Shown here piece by piece: positions 19,520 through 29,535 of a stretch of DNA of 64,000 nt. The first letter of the stretch is position 1. The number at the start of each line of letters is the position of its first letter. Origin of the DNA: Candidatus Latescibacterota bacterium (GTDB lineage: Bacteria > Latescibacterota > UBA2968). Below the pieces are notes generated by a model. It was not told the DNA's origin. It searched no databases and was given only the letters and a program-made list of their open reading frames with translations. The stretch lies in contig OZ244960.1 of NCBI GenBank assembly GCA_965222605.1, positions 3,264,001 to 3,328,000 on the forward strand, in the 5' to 3' direction. Both the position numbers and the translations under genes were made by a program.

Positions 19520-21139
19520 TTAGTGCATGTGCCCGTGATCGTGGGCGGGCGCAGCACCTTGATTTTCTTCCGGCTTATCTGTCACCAGGGCTTCTGTTGT
19601 CAACAACAACCCGGCTATTGATGCGGCATTTTCTATCGCGGTACGCACCACTTTTGTGGGATCGATCACACCGGAATCTACCAGGTTTTCATATTCCTCG
19701 GTGCGTGCATTAAACCCATAAGCGCCTTCGCCTTCGGTCACTTTTTGCACGACAAGGCTGCCTTCTAAGCCGGCATTGTCGGCGATCTGACGCAGCGGGG
19801 CTTGCAGTGCGCGACGCACGATATCTACGCCTGTGCTCTGGTCGCCATGCACACTTGTTTCGTCTAATGCGTCAAGACTGCGCAGGAGAGCGACCCCCCC
19901 GCCGGGCACAATGCCTTCTTCAACTGCAGCACGCACGGAGTGGAGTGCGTCTTCGACGCGGGCTTTCTTTTCTTTCATTTCTGTTTCGGTTGCCGCACCA
20001 ACGTTGATGACGGCCACACCACCGGCCAATTTCGCCAATCGCTCTTCGAGTTTTTCGCGGTCATAGTCAGAGGTCGTGTCTTCAATCTGCCGACGAATCT
20101 GACTTGTTTGGCCTTGAATATCGGCTATAGACCCCGCACCTTCTACGATTGTGGTGTTGTCTTTGTCGATTACCACGCGCTTGGCCTGCCCGAGATCGCT
20201 AAGTTCGACGTTTTCGAGCTTGATGCCGAGATCTTCCGTAATCACGCGCCCACTTGTTAGCACGGCGAGATCACCCAACATCTCTTTGCGGCGGTCGCCA
20301 TATCCCGGTGCTTTTACCGCACAGGCAGCGAGGGTGCCGCGCACTTTGTTGACGACAAAAGTGGCGAGAGCTTCACCTTCAACATCTTCGGCGATTACCA
20401 GGAGCGGCTTGCCTGTGCCGGCGACTTTTTCGAGCAAGGGCAATAAGTCGTTCATGTTTGACAACTTTGCCTCGTGGATGAGGATCAGCGCGTCTTCCAG
20501 TATGGCTTCCATGTTTTCTTGATCGGTCACAAAATAGGGCGATAGATAACCGCGGTCAAACTGCATCCCTTCGACCACGTCCAACGTTGTCTCGATGCTC
20601 TTGGCCTCTTCGACTGTGATGGTGCCGTCTTTGCCGACTTTGTCCATTGCATCGGCTATAATCTCGCCGATGCTGCTGTCGCTGTTGGCGGAAATTGTCC
20701 CTACTTGTGTGATTGAATTGCGGTCTTTTACCGGTTGGCTCTGGCTTTCCAATGCTTTGACCACGGCTTCAACGGCCGCATCAATACCGCGCTTGAGGTC
20801 CATTGGGTTGGCCCCGGCGGTCACATTGCGCAAGCCTTCACGGAAGATCGCTTCGGCGAGTACTGTCGCTGTGGTTGTGCCGTCGCCTGCAATGTCAGAA
20901 GTCTTGGAGGCGACTTCTTTGACCATCTGCACACCCATGTTTTCGTAAGCGTCTGGGAGTTCGATTTCTTTTGCAACGGTCACGCCGTCTTTTGTCACGG
21001 TGGGAGATCCCCAGGATTTGGCGACAACCACATTTCGTCCAGCAGGTCCCAACGTGGCCTTCACGGCCTTGCTCAAGAGCGTTACACCATCCAGAATACG
21101 CCCGCGAGCATCTATTCCATAGGCAATTTGCTTTGCCAT
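19520..21139 (-). CDS. groL: Chaperonin GroEL
   Basis: [23 protein letters not shown] and [27 protein letters not shown]. Confidence 0.98.
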   Translation of the reverse strand: MAKQIAYGIDARGRILDGVTLLSKAVKATLGPAGRNVVVAKSWGSPTVTKDGVTVAKEIELPDAYENMGVQMVKEVASKTSDIAGDGTTTATVLAEAIFREGLRNVTAGANPMDLKRGIDAAVEAVVKALESQSQPVKDRNSITQVGTISANSDSSIGEIIADAMDKVGKDGTITVEEAKSIETTLDVVEGMQFDRGYLSPYFVTDQENMEAILEDALILIHEAKLSNMNDLLPLLEKVAGTGKPLLVIAEDVEGEALATFVVNKVRGTLAACAVKAPGYGDRRKEMLGDLAVLTSGRVITEDLGIKLENVELSDLGQAKRVVIDKDNTTIVEGAGSIADIQGQTSQIRRQIEDTTSDYDREKLEERLAKLAGGVAVINVGAATETEMKEKKARVEDALHSVRAAVEEGIVPGGGVALLRSLDALDETSVHGDQSTGVDIVRRALQAPLRQIADNAGLEGSLVVQKVTEGEGAYGFNARTEEYENLVDSGVIDPTKVVRTAIENAASIAGLLLTTEALVTDKPEENQGAAPAHDHGHMH

Positions 21140-21154
21140 AATATCAATCTCCTT

Positions 21155-21442
21155 CTACTGAATAATGCCCAATACGTCATCTTCGTTTACGATCACGTAA
21201 TCATCGCCGTCAACTTCAATTTCTGTGCCGGCGTATTTGCCAATCAAAATTTTTTCCCCAGATTTTACCGCTGGCACGATCACGTCGCCATTTTTGTTGC
21301 GTTTGCCCGGGCCAACGGCAATGACTTCTGCTTCCTGAGGCGTTTCTTTCGCGGTATCGGGGATGATAATGCCTCCCTTCACTTGCTCTTCAGCATCCAC
21401 CCGTCGCACCAGAATGCGATCGGAAAGCGGACGGACATTCAT
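21155..21442 (-). CDS. groS: Co-chaperonin GroES
   Basis: MNVRPLSDRILVRR...GGIIIPDTAKE...KYAGTEI; AAGGAGG RBS. Confidence 0.97.
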   Translation of the reverse strand: MNVRPLSDRILVRRVDAEEQVKGGIIIPDTAKETPQEAEVIAVGPGKRNKNGDVIVPAVKSGEKILIGKYAGTEIEVDGDDYVIVNEDDVLGIIQ

Positions 21443-21492
21443 GAGAACCCTCCTTGAAAAACAGTTGGTTAAGTGTAATTTTTTATGTGTTG

Positions 21493-21519
21493 TTAGCACT
21501 CTATTATTTCGAGTGCTAA
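21493..21519. promoter_or_regulatory. CIRCE element (HrcA operator)
   Basis: Perfect TTAGCACTC-N9-GAGTGCTAA, just downstream of a minus-strand TTGCGC-N17-TATATT promoter and upstream of groES. Confidence 0.95.
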
Positions 21520-21568
21520 GGGCGGGAAAATATACAGAAGCACCAATATTTGCGCAAGTGTAAAAGGG

Positions 21569-22039
21569 CTAAATATCAACCAGCTTTGTTTTTTTTTCAG
21601 CCAATACTTTTTCAAGATGATCAATTTGCTCTTTGAGCAATTCGGGTTTTTCCGGCGCGCCTGTTTCTTCCGGTGGCGGCGGTATTTCAGCCGGCAAATG
21701 CGCATCTTCCCAGTCTCCGTATCCGCCGTCCATCGAAATCACGTTTTCGTATCCCATGGCTTGCAAGGTTTCGCCAGCTAAGAGGGATCGCACGCCGCCT
21801 GCACAGATTACAATTACTTCACGCGATTTGTCGGGCATTGCCGCTTCTGCCCTGGGTTCTAATTCACCGCGCGGTATGTGTACAGACCCTTTCAGGTGCC
21901 CGCGTTCCCATTCATCCAGTCCTCGCACGTCAAGTAATACGGGATCATTGCCCTCTTTTAGATACTCATGTACTTCCTGTACGGTCATTTCCGGAATATT
22001 TTGACGCGCATCATCCAACAAATTTTCACGCGACTTCAT
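21569..22039 (-). CDS. Rhodanese-like sulfurtransferase
   Basis: LLDVR...GHLKGSVHIPRG, active-site CAGGVRS, MDGGYGDW. Confidence 0.85.
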   Translation of the reverse strand: MKSRENLLDDARQNIPEMTVQEVHEYLKEGNDPVLLDVRGLDEWERGHLKGSVHIPRGELEPRAEAAMPDKSREVIVICAGGVRSLLAGETLQAMGYENVISMDGGYGDWEDAHLPAEIPPPPEETGAPEKPELLKEQIDHLEKVLAEKKTKLVDI

Positions 22040-22061
22040 AGACTTATCTCCTTATTGCTTC

Positions 22062-25000
22062 TCAAGCTCTTCCATGGCAGTGTTTGTACTTTTTTCTACT
22101 TCCGCACGGACATGGCGCGTTTCGCCCTACCTTTTTTTCAACGCGCACCGGCTGTTTTTTTGGCTCATTGCCTTCTGTAGAATTGGCGGTCAATTCATCG
22201 GCACCCGGTTCGGGCATGCCGGCAAAGCCCATTCCCGTGGCATCGCGGTGCTCCAATGACAGGCGTGCGGGCTGTTGGGTGCGCGGTTGTGCGGGTGTTT
22301 CTTCAATAGAAATGCGGAATAACAATCGCAATGTTTCGCGGTTGATGTCTTCGAGCAATGCCACAAACATTTCATAACCTTCGCGCTTGTATTCGATCAA
22401 TGGATTTTTTTGTCCATAACCGCGAAGGCCAATGCCCTCTTTCAGATCGTCCATCTCGCGGAGGTGTTCTTTCCACTTTTCGTCAAAGACGCTCAGGTAA
22501 ATCATGCGTTCTATCTGGCGCATGCGGTCTTCCCCAAGGACCCTTTCGCGGCGATCATAAGCCTCGCGAATCCCGCGCAACACGCGATCTCGCAAACCCG
22601 CTTCGCGCAATTGGGGCAGATCTTCATCGGGTATGACGGGTGCTTGCAAAAACACATTGCGCAAATCTTCCATCAAGCCATCAAAATTCCAGTCTTCGGG
22701 ATGTGCGTCGGGCGGTATATGAATATCGAGTAGTGCATCGACGGTTTCGTCGATCATTTCGCTGATCATCGCCGAGATATCTTCTTCTTCCAGCGCGTGT
22801 CTGCGTCTGTCGTAAATTACTTCGCGCTGTTGATTCATTACGTCGTCGTAATCCAGCACCTGTTTTCGAAATTCAAAATTGCGCGCTTCAACCCGTTTTT
22901 GCGCGGTCCCAATGGACTTTGTCACCCAGCTGTGTTCGATCACTTCGCCTTCTTCGGCTCCCAGGCGGTCCATGACACGGGCAATGCGCTCGGATCCAAA
23001 CAAACGCATCAAATCGTCTTCCAGTGAAATGAAAAACCGCGAGCTTCCCGGGTCTCCTTGCCGCCCAGAGCGACCGCGCAACTGCCGATCTATGCGCCGG
23101 GATTCGTGTCGTTCGGTGCCGATGATAGTCATGCCACACGGGACTTCATCCCGACACCCGTACTCGTCTATGTAAGGACACAGAGGCTGGGTGTTATCGG
23201 GATCTGCAATCAATGCACACTGATGTCCTTCGGGTGCTTTTACGATGCCGAGTCCCAGTTTGATATCTGTACCGCGCCCGGCCATATTGGTTGCAATTGT
23301 CACCGCGCCCGGTTGCCCGGCTTGCGCGATGATCTGCGCTTCTTGTACATTTTGTCGGGCATTGAGCACCTGGTGTTTGATTTTTTTGCGCGCGAGCATC
23401 CGCGAAATCAACTCGGAGGTTTCAACGGAAATCGTGCCGACCAGGACCGGCAATTTTTGCTCGTGCAGATGCTCAATTTCATCGATTAGGGCATTGTATT
23501 TTTCGCGTTTTGTGCGATAGATCCAGTCGTTAGAATCGATGCGGCGCACCGGCTCATGCGTTGGGATTGCCACCACATCGAGCTTGTAGATTTGATGAAA
23601 TTCTACGGCTTCTGTCTCGGCAGTACCCGTCATTCCCGCCAATCGGTCATAGAGCCTGAAATAATTTTGCAATGTAATGGTTGCCACCGTTTGCGTGTCG
23701 CGTTCGACCTTCACCTTTTCTTTGGCTTCCAATGCCTGGTGCAAACCGTCGGCAAAACGGCGTCCGGGCTGTGGTCGTCCCGTATATTCATCGATGATGA
23801 CAACTTTGCCGTCGTCGATCATATATTGCACATCTTTTTCGTACAGAGAATAGGCTTGCAACAGCTTTCGCACGCTGTGGATAGATTCATTTTTTTGAGC
23901 GTAATCCTGATAGGCGGCTTCCTTTGCCTGGTCTTGTTCCGCGTCTGACAGCGATTTGTTCTGTTCGATATCCTGAAGCACTTCATCCAGATCGGGCAAT
24001 ACAAAGTCGTCTGGGTTGTGGCTTATTTCGTCGCGTCCATTTTCGGTTAGATCGATGATATGGCTTTTTTCATCGATGCTAAAATAAAGGTCTTCGTCCA
24101 GTTCTCCCGTGCGCTTGTCGCGGATATAATCGGCTTCAACCCGCTGCACGAGGCGCTTGATGCCCTCTTCCTGAAGTCGCTTCATGAAGCGCCTGTTTTT
24201 GGGCATTCCGCGCTGAACCTGCAATAACAAAATGCCGCCCTCGTATTCATCTCCGGCCTCGAGTTCTTCTTCTGCTTGCTTTAAAGTATTATTTACGATT
24301 TGGGTTTGCGTGCGCACCAATTTTTCGACCAGCGGGCGCATTTCTTCATACCGATGCGATGTGGATTCTGACACTGGTCCCGAAATAATCAGCGGCGTGC
24401 GCGCCTCGTCAATCAGGATGCTATCTACTTCGTCAATAATTGCAAAATAGTGCTCGCGCTGTATCAAATCTTCGGGGCGAATCGCCATGTTATCGTAGAG
24501 GTAATCAAAACCAAACTGGTCTTTTGTGCCGTACACGATATCCATAAGACAGGCGTCTTTGTGGTCGCACACGCGCATGCGATACCCATCTTCGCCCTCT
24601 TCTTCCATAATAAAACCTTCCACACCCAAGGCGCGGTCCTGTATCACGCCTACGGTGAGGCCCAGGAACAAATACACGGGTCCCAGCCACATGGCGTCGC
24701 GCTTGGCCAGGTAGGAGTTTACGGTGACGAGATGTACACCGTGCCCGAGCAAGCCATTCAGGTACAAAGCCAGGCCCGCGGCCAGTGTCTTGCCTTCGCC
24801 CGTGGCCATTTCGGCGATCTTGCCCTGATGCAATACGGTCGCACCGACCAATTGCACGTCGTAGGGTATTTCATGCCATTCGATTTGATCGCCAGCCCGA
24901 TCCCAGGATTTGCGCCGCTCCTTGAAGCGGCGGCACGTTTCCTTAAAGACAGCATAAGCTTCTGGGTGAATTTCATCGAGTACATCGCGCTCAATATCCT

Positions 25001-25280
25001 TGATTTCGGTTTCGACTTCGGCAATGGTTTCCAATTGTTCGGTGCGGTCTTCGTCTCGCTGCAACGCGGCCAATTCTTCTTTGAGCTGAATGAGATGTTT
25101 TTGAGTATCATCAGTCGCTTCGGCAATGCGCGTGCGGAACTCCGTTGTTTTGTCTTTTAATGCCTCGTCGGACAAAGAGGCATATTCTTTGTAGAATTGA
25201 TTGATTTCATCCACAACCGGTTGCATCTTTTTGACATCCCGATCGTGTTTGCTGCCGAAAATTTTTGTCAGGAAATTCAT
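22062..25280 (-). CDS. secA: Preprotein translocase ATPase SecA
   Basis: MATGEGKT, DEVDSILIDEARTPLIISG, ATNMAGRGTDIKL, RRIDRQLRGRSGRQGDPG and C-terminal SEC-C CPCGS..KYKHCHG. Confidence 0.98.
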   Translation of the reverse strand: MNFLTKIFGSKHDRDVKKMQPVVDEINQFYKEYASLSDEALKDKTTEFRTRIAEATDDTQKHLIQLKEELAALQRDEDRTEQLETIAEVETEIKDIERDVLDEIHPEAYAVFKETCRRFKERRKSWDRAGDQIEWHEIPYDVQLVGATVLHQGKIAEMATGEGKTLAAGLALYLNGLLGHGVHLVTVNSYLAKRDAMWLGPVYLFLGLTVGVIQDRALGVEGFIMEEEGEDGYRMRVCDHKDACLMDIVYGTKDQFGFDYLYDNMAIRPEDLIQREHYFAIIDEVDSILIDEARTPLIISGPVSESTSHRYEEMRPLVEKLVRTQTQIVNNTLKQAEEELEAGDEYEGGILLLQVQRGMPKNRRFMKRLQEEGIKRLVQRVEADYIRDKRTGELDEDLYFSIDEKSHIIDLTENGRDEISHNPDDFVLPDLDEVLQDIEQNKSLSDAEQDQAKEAAYQDYAQKNESIHSVRKLLQAYSLYEKDVQYMIDDGKVVIIDEYTGRPQPGRRFADGLHQALEAKEKVKVERDTQTVATITLQNYFRLYDRLAGMTGTAETEAVEFHQIYKLDVVAIPTHEPVRRIDSNDWIYRTKREKYNALIDEIEHLHEQKLPVLVGTISVETSELISRMLARKKIKHQVLNARQNVQEAQIIAQAGQPGAVTIATNMAGRGTDIKLGLGIVKAPEGHQCALIADPDNTQPLCPYIDEYGCRDEVPCGMTIIGTERHESRRIDRQLRGRSGRQGDPGSSRFFISLEDDLMRLFGSERIARVMDRLGAEEGEVIEHSWVTKSIGTAQKRVEARNFEFRKQVLDYDDVMNQQREVIYDRRRHALEEEDISAMISEMIDETVDALLDIHIPPDAHPEDWNFDGLMEDLRNVFLQAPVIPDEDLPQLREAGLRDRVLRGIREAYDRRERVLGEDRMRQIERMIYLSVFDEKWKEHLREMDDLKEGIGLRGYGQKNPLIEYKREGYEMFVALLEDINRETLRLLFRISIEETPAQPRTQQPARLSLEHRDATGMGFAGMPEPGADELTANSTEGNEPKKQPVRVEKKVGRNAPCPCGSRKKYKHCHGRA

Positions 25281-25308
25281 TGTGATTTATCCTGTGGATA
25301 ATGAGGTG

Positions 25309-26058
25309 TTACATCCCCAATTCAATGCGCTCGGCCAAAAAAGGCGGAAGTCCCGCCGATAGAATTTTGGCCTGTGCTGCTGCCACATCGTAAGACACGC
25401 GGCGCAATTGGAGGTTCCCTTTTTCTCGATCCCATACGACAAAAGCCGCCCGCGCATCGCCGTCGCGAGGTTGTCCCACACTGCCGACATTTACGAGGTA
25501 GCGGTCATTATCGGACAACTGCACTTCTCCTTCGCGCATAAGCACTGTTTTTTGAGATGCCGAGCACACAAATGCGCGGTGAGAATGACCCACAAAACAC
25601 ATCTCAAAGTCGGTTTGAGCGAGCATTGACCAGCCATCTTCGGGGTCGAACAAATAGTGCCACAACTCGGGTTCAATTGGCGAAGCGTGGGCATAACAAC
25701 AAGCAGATTCATTTTGAAAGGGTTGGTAAGATCGCAATAGCGAGGCGTTTTCATCACTCAGCATCTGAACGGTCCATTGTATTGCCGCCAGTGCCACGGG
25801 GTTAAAAAATCCCGGATCTTCCAGGCCCACAGCTGCCCAATCGTGATTGCCCGCCAGCACGAGGTCCGATACTTCGCGCACGCGTTCTATACACATATTG
25901 GGGTCTGCGCCGTATCCAACTATATCGCCCAAACAAATAATTCGATCTACCTGTGCTTCTGCAATTTTTCCCAGCACGGTTTGCAAGGCTTCGAGGTTTC
26001 CGTGTACATCTGAAAAAATCGCAATACGTCCAATACTATCCATTGGGTTATTCCGCAT
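25309..26058 (-). CDS. Calcineurin-like metallophosphoesterase
   Basis: SDVHGN, GDIVGYG, GNHD, GHSH and NVGSVGQPRDG. Confidence 0.9.
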   Translation of the reverse strand: MRNNPMDSIGRIAIFSDVHGNLEALQTVLGKIAEAQVDRIICLGDIVGYGADPNMCIERVREVSDLVLAGNHDWAAVGLEDPGFFNPVALAAIQWTVQMLSDENASLLRSYQPFQNESACCYAHASPIEPELWHYLFDPEDGWSMLAQTDFEMCFVGHSHRAFVCSASQKTVLMREGEVQLSDNDRYLVNVGSVGQPRDGDARAAFVVWDREKGNLQLRRVSYDVAAAQAKILSAGLPPFLAERIELGM

Positions 26059-26065
26059 TCATCAG

Positions 26066-26467
26066 CTATTCTTTGGACAGGGTGTCGAGAATACCATTGA
26101 TAAAGTTAGAAGCATTGGCTTCGCTAAATAGCTTGGCCAGCTCTATGGCCTCGTCAATAGAGACTTTGTAGGGAATATCTTCGAAATAGCGCATTTCCGC
26201 AAGTGCCATCCAGAGCACGATGCGATCGATGCGCGAGACCCGGTCTAATGACCAATTTTCCAGCACGGGTTCAATGGATGCGTCCAGTTCTTCGCGGTGT
26301 TCCCAGGCTGTTTGGGCCAGATTTATCGCAAAATTCGAGGTTGATGCCGAAAGGCGTGCGCGGATGCACATGGTCTGCGCTGTCTGTTGTACTGGGTCGC
26401 CCACACTTGCGGTCCAATAAAGTGCTTGCAACGCAGCCCGACGCGCTTTGCGTCTCGATTTTATCAT
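26066..26467 (-). CDS. nusB: Transcription antitermination factor NusB
   Basis: [23 protein letters not shown] and FINGILD; follows ribH. Confidence 0.95.
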   Translation of the reverse strand: MIKSRRKARRAALQALYWTASVGDPVQQTAQTMCIRARLSASTSNFAINLAQTAWEHREELDASIEPVLENWSLDRVSRIDRIVLWMALAEMRYFEDIPYKVSIDEAIELAKLFSEANASNFINGILDTLSKE

Positions 26468-26940
26468 TTTTTTGCCTCCCAGGCTGCGATAACCCCAATC
26501 ATTTCAATTGCGCCCAGCGCGGCTTCCCAACCCTTATTGCCGGCTTTTGTACCCGCCCGCTCAATCGCCTGTTCAATGGTATTGGTTGTCAAAATGCCAA
26601 ATATGGTAGGCACACCTGTTTCGCGACCAACAGCTGCCACGCCTTTTGCGGCTTCATTGCATACGTAGTCAAAATGCGGTGTGCTGCCTCTGATTACTGC
26701 GCCCAGACAGATAAGCGCGTCATATCGACCGCTTTGCGCCATTTTTTGTGCTATTGTGGGAATTTCAAAACTACCCGGTACCCACACCACGTCTATGGCA
26801 TCTATATCGCCACCGTGTCGCGCAATACAATCGAGCGCGCCGCCGAGCAATTCTTTGCTGATAAACGCATTGAATCGCCCTACTACAATGCCAAATCGTT
26901 TGCCTTCTGCCGATAGCTGACCTTCATAAACTTTGGGCAT
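26464..26940 (-). CDS. ribH: 6,7-dimethyl-8-ribityllumazine synthase
   Basis: [22 protein letters not shown] and [10 protein letters not shown]. Confidence 0.97.
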   Translation of the reverse strand: MPKVYEGQLSAEGKRFGIVVGRFNAFISKELLGGALDCIARHGGDIDAIDVVWVPGSFEIPTIAQKMAQSGRYDALICLGAVIRGSTPHFDYVCNEAAKGVAAVGRETGVPTIFGILTTNTIEQAIERAGTKAGNKGWEAALGAIEMIGVIAAWEAKK

Positions 26941-28180
26941 CGCGATCTCCTTCTTCGCCTAATTGCAATTCGTCCTCTTTAAATAAATGCCCCATCTTTT
27001 CCTGCTTGGTTCGCATATATGTCAAATTCCACTTGTTGACTTGAATAGCGACGGGGATGCGGTCTATAATTTCTATCCCATACGCTTCCAATCCCACGCG
27101 TTTTGATGGGTTATTGGTGATGAGTACGACTTTTCTGATCCCCAAATCCGACAAAATTTGCGCGCCAATGCCGTAGTCTCGTTCGTCCATTTTAAACCCG
27201 AGTTTCAAGTTGGCTTCTACAGTATCATATCCCTCTTCCTGCAGTTTGTACGCATGCAATTTTGCCCGCAGGCCAATACCTCGTCCTTCCTGCCGCATAT
27301 ACACCAGTGCTCCGCGTCCTTCTTTTTCGATCATCTCGAGTGCGGAGTGTAAGTTTTTCTCGCAATCACATCGCAATGAGCCGAGTGAGTCACCCGTCAA
27401 GCACTCGGAATGCATCCGCACCATTACGGGCGCGTCATCGGAAAGGTCGCCTTTTACCAGTGCGACGTGCTCGCGTTCATCCACATCGCTTTCATACAGG
27501 TGCAACTGAAAGGCACCAAATCGCGTGGGCATATCCACTTGCTCGACACAGCGCACCAGTTTTTCGGAACGGCGGCGATAGGCAATCAGATCGTGAATTG
27601 TCGTCACTTTCAAGCCGAATTGATCGGCAATTTTCAGAAGTTGTGGCAAGCGGGCCATGGTGCCATCTTCGTTCAGGATTTCACACAGTACACCGGCGGG
27701 ATACAGGCCGGCCAAACGCGCCAGATCTACTGCTGCTTCTGTGTGTCCCGCCCGTCGCAACACTCCGCCGGGCATTGCGCGCAGTGGAAAAATGTGCCCG
27801 GGTCGGCCAAAATTTTCAGACCGCGATTTGGGATCTACAAATTGTCGAATTGTTTCCGCTCGATCATGTGCGGAAATACCGGTCGTCACACCGTAGAGTG
27901 CGTCGAGGCTCACCGTGAATGGCGTGCCGTGAAGTGCTGTATTGGTATTGACCATCATGTCCAGGTCGAGTTCTTTGAGGCGGTCGGGTGTTGCGGGCAA
28001 GCAGACCAGTCCGCGTCCATGGCGCGCCATAAAATTAATGGACTCAGATGTTACTTTTTCTGCCGCCATAATAAAATCGCCTTCATTTTCCCGGTCTTCG
28101 TCATCAACGACAATGACGATTTTTCCCGCTTGAATATCTTCGAGGGCGTCTTCGATTTTTGCGATTTTGCCCATACACAC
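26924..28180 (-). CDS. ribBA: Bifunctional DHBP synthase / GTP cyclohydrolase II
   Basis: [32 protein letters not shown] and QEGRGIGL. Confidence 0.97.
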   Translation of the reverse strand: MCMGKIAKIEDALEDIQAGKIVIVVDDEDRENEGDFIMAAEKVTSESINFMARHGRGLVCLPATPDRLKELDLDMMVNTNTALHGTPFTVSLDALYGVTTGISAHDRAETIRQFVDPKSRSENFGRPGHIFPLRAMPGGVLRRAGHTEAAVDLARLAGLYPAGVLCEILNEDGTMARLPQLLKIADQFGLKVTTIHDLIAYRRRSEKLVRCVEQVDMPTRFGAFQLHLYESDVDEREHVALVKGDLSDDAPVMVRMHSECLTGDSLGSLRCDCEKNLHSALEMIEKEGRGALVYMRQEGRGIGLRAKLHAYKLQEEGYDTVEANLKLGFKMDERDYGIGAQILSDLGIRKVVLITNNPSKRVGLEAYGIEIIDRIPVAIQVNKWNLTYMRTKQEKMGHLFKEDELQLGEEGDRDAQSL

Positions 28181-28191
28181 CTTCCTGTAAA

Positions 28192-28842
28192 CTATTGGTC
28201 GCTCATCATTGCCCGAATGCGATCTTCTGTGAGCTTATTTTTACCATCTCCGAGCTGCACCAACCGCTCCAGATAACGCGCGATCATATCCACTTCGATA
28301 TTTACCCGGGCACCCGGATATTTTTCCGATAATGTCGTAACTTTCAGTGTGTGCGGAATTGCCGCGATCGAAAAGGTGCGGTCGGTTACTGAAACCACTG
28401 TCAGGCTGATTCCGTTGACGGTGACTGATCCTTTCTCGGCAATATAAGGGGCCAATTCAGACGGTACTTCAAACTCAAATACAATTTGATCGGGAGATTC
28501 CGTGCGGCCTGTCACGCGGCCCACGCCATCAACGTGTGCGGCAACGAGATGGCCGTCGAGGCGGTCGCCGAGTTTTAATGACCGCTCCAGATTAACGCGG
28601 CTACCCACGCGGCAATCACCCAATGTCGTTCTTTGCAGTGTTTCTGCTATGGATTCGATCACAAATGTGTCGGCATCAAAATGTACGACGGTATGGCACG
28701 CACCTTCGATGGCAATGCTGTCGCCTATTTTCACGCCATTGAGTACCTGCTTCGCTGCAATGGTCGTGCGCTGGTAACCCGCGCGCGATTCAATATGCCG
28801 AATCGTTCCCACTTCCTCTACAATGCCAGTAAACATGATCAC
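28192..28842 (-). CDS. ribE: Riboflavin synthase
   Basis: [15 protein letters not shown] and [13 protein letters not shown]. Confidence 0.95.
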   Translation of the reverse strand: MIMFTGIVEEVGTIRHIESRAGYQRTTIAAKQVLNGVKIGDSIAIEGACHTVVHFDADTFVIESIAETLQRTTLGDCRVGSRVNLERSLKLGDRLDGHLVAAHVDGVGRVTGRTESPDQIVFEFEVPSELAPYIAEKGSVTVNGISLTVVSVTDRTFSIAAIPHTLKVTTLSEKYPGARVNIEVDMIARYLERLVQLGDGKNKLTEDRIRAMMSDQ

Positions 28843-29535
28843 TCAGACGTTTTGGGACAATTTTTTCACGCGAGCAGTGAACAAAAAATCATCGCCGATG
28901 GATTCGACTTTCACATTTTCGAGTGCAATTGCATCGGTTATCGAAGCAATATCTAATGATCCGATTGAGGGCAATCCCGCGCCCATGATTTTGGGCGCGA
29001 CAAATGCGGCTATTCGATCTACCAGGCTCAGGCGCAATGCCGATGCAGCAACGCGACTGCCGCCTTCGATCAGGATGTGTCGCAATCCCATCTGGGCGGC
29101 TTTTTGCAAGACTGCCTTCAAATTTATTTGACCATTCAGTATTGGCAACTGCCAGACCTGCGCCCCTTTGTTTTTTCGCTCTTTTATCCGTTTTCTGCAC
29201 ACCTCTTTAGTCGTTGCTATAATCAGAGGTGCTCCGCCAAAAATCCTGGCGTTTAATCCGATTTTTAGCTGAGTATCCAGAACGATCTTTGTCGGGCTGC
29301 ATCCATCGACATAGCGCACGGACAATTCTGGATCGTCGGCCATCACTGTGCCGCGCCCGACCAGAATCGCGTCGGCCTCTGCGCGAAGTTGATGGCCGCG
29401 CACCCGCGATGCCTTTGATGTGATCCACTTCGAGTCGCCTGTGCAGGTGGCGATGTTGCCGTCTAATGTTTGCGCCAATTTTAAGGTGACAAAGGGCAAT
29501 CCGGTTGACCGATATTTGGTTTCGAATTTGTTCAT
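28843..29535 (-). CDS. ribD: RibD reductase domain only (no deaminase domain)
   Basis: PFVTLKLAQTLDG, SKWIT, DAILVG..TV.ADDP and IEGG motifs; 230 aa, no HAE/PC..C zinc motif. Confidence 0.85.
   Translation of the reverse strand: MNKFETKYRSTGLPFVTLKLAQTLDGNIATCTGDSKWITSKASRVRGHQLRAEADAILVGRGTVMADDPELSVRYVDGCSPTKIVLDTQLKIGLNARIFGGAPLIIATTKEVCRKRIKERKNKGAQVWQLPILNGQINLKAVLQKAAQMGLRHILIEGGSRVAASALRLSLVDRIAAFVAPKIMGAGLPSIGSLDIASITDAIALENVKVESIGDDFLFTARVKKLSQNV

Noticed and set aside
27262-28276. Long antisense or alternate-frame ORFs (also 3451-4185, 13173-14464, 20735-21457, 54525-55376)
   Set aside because: Shadows of well-supported genes, with no motifs or RBS
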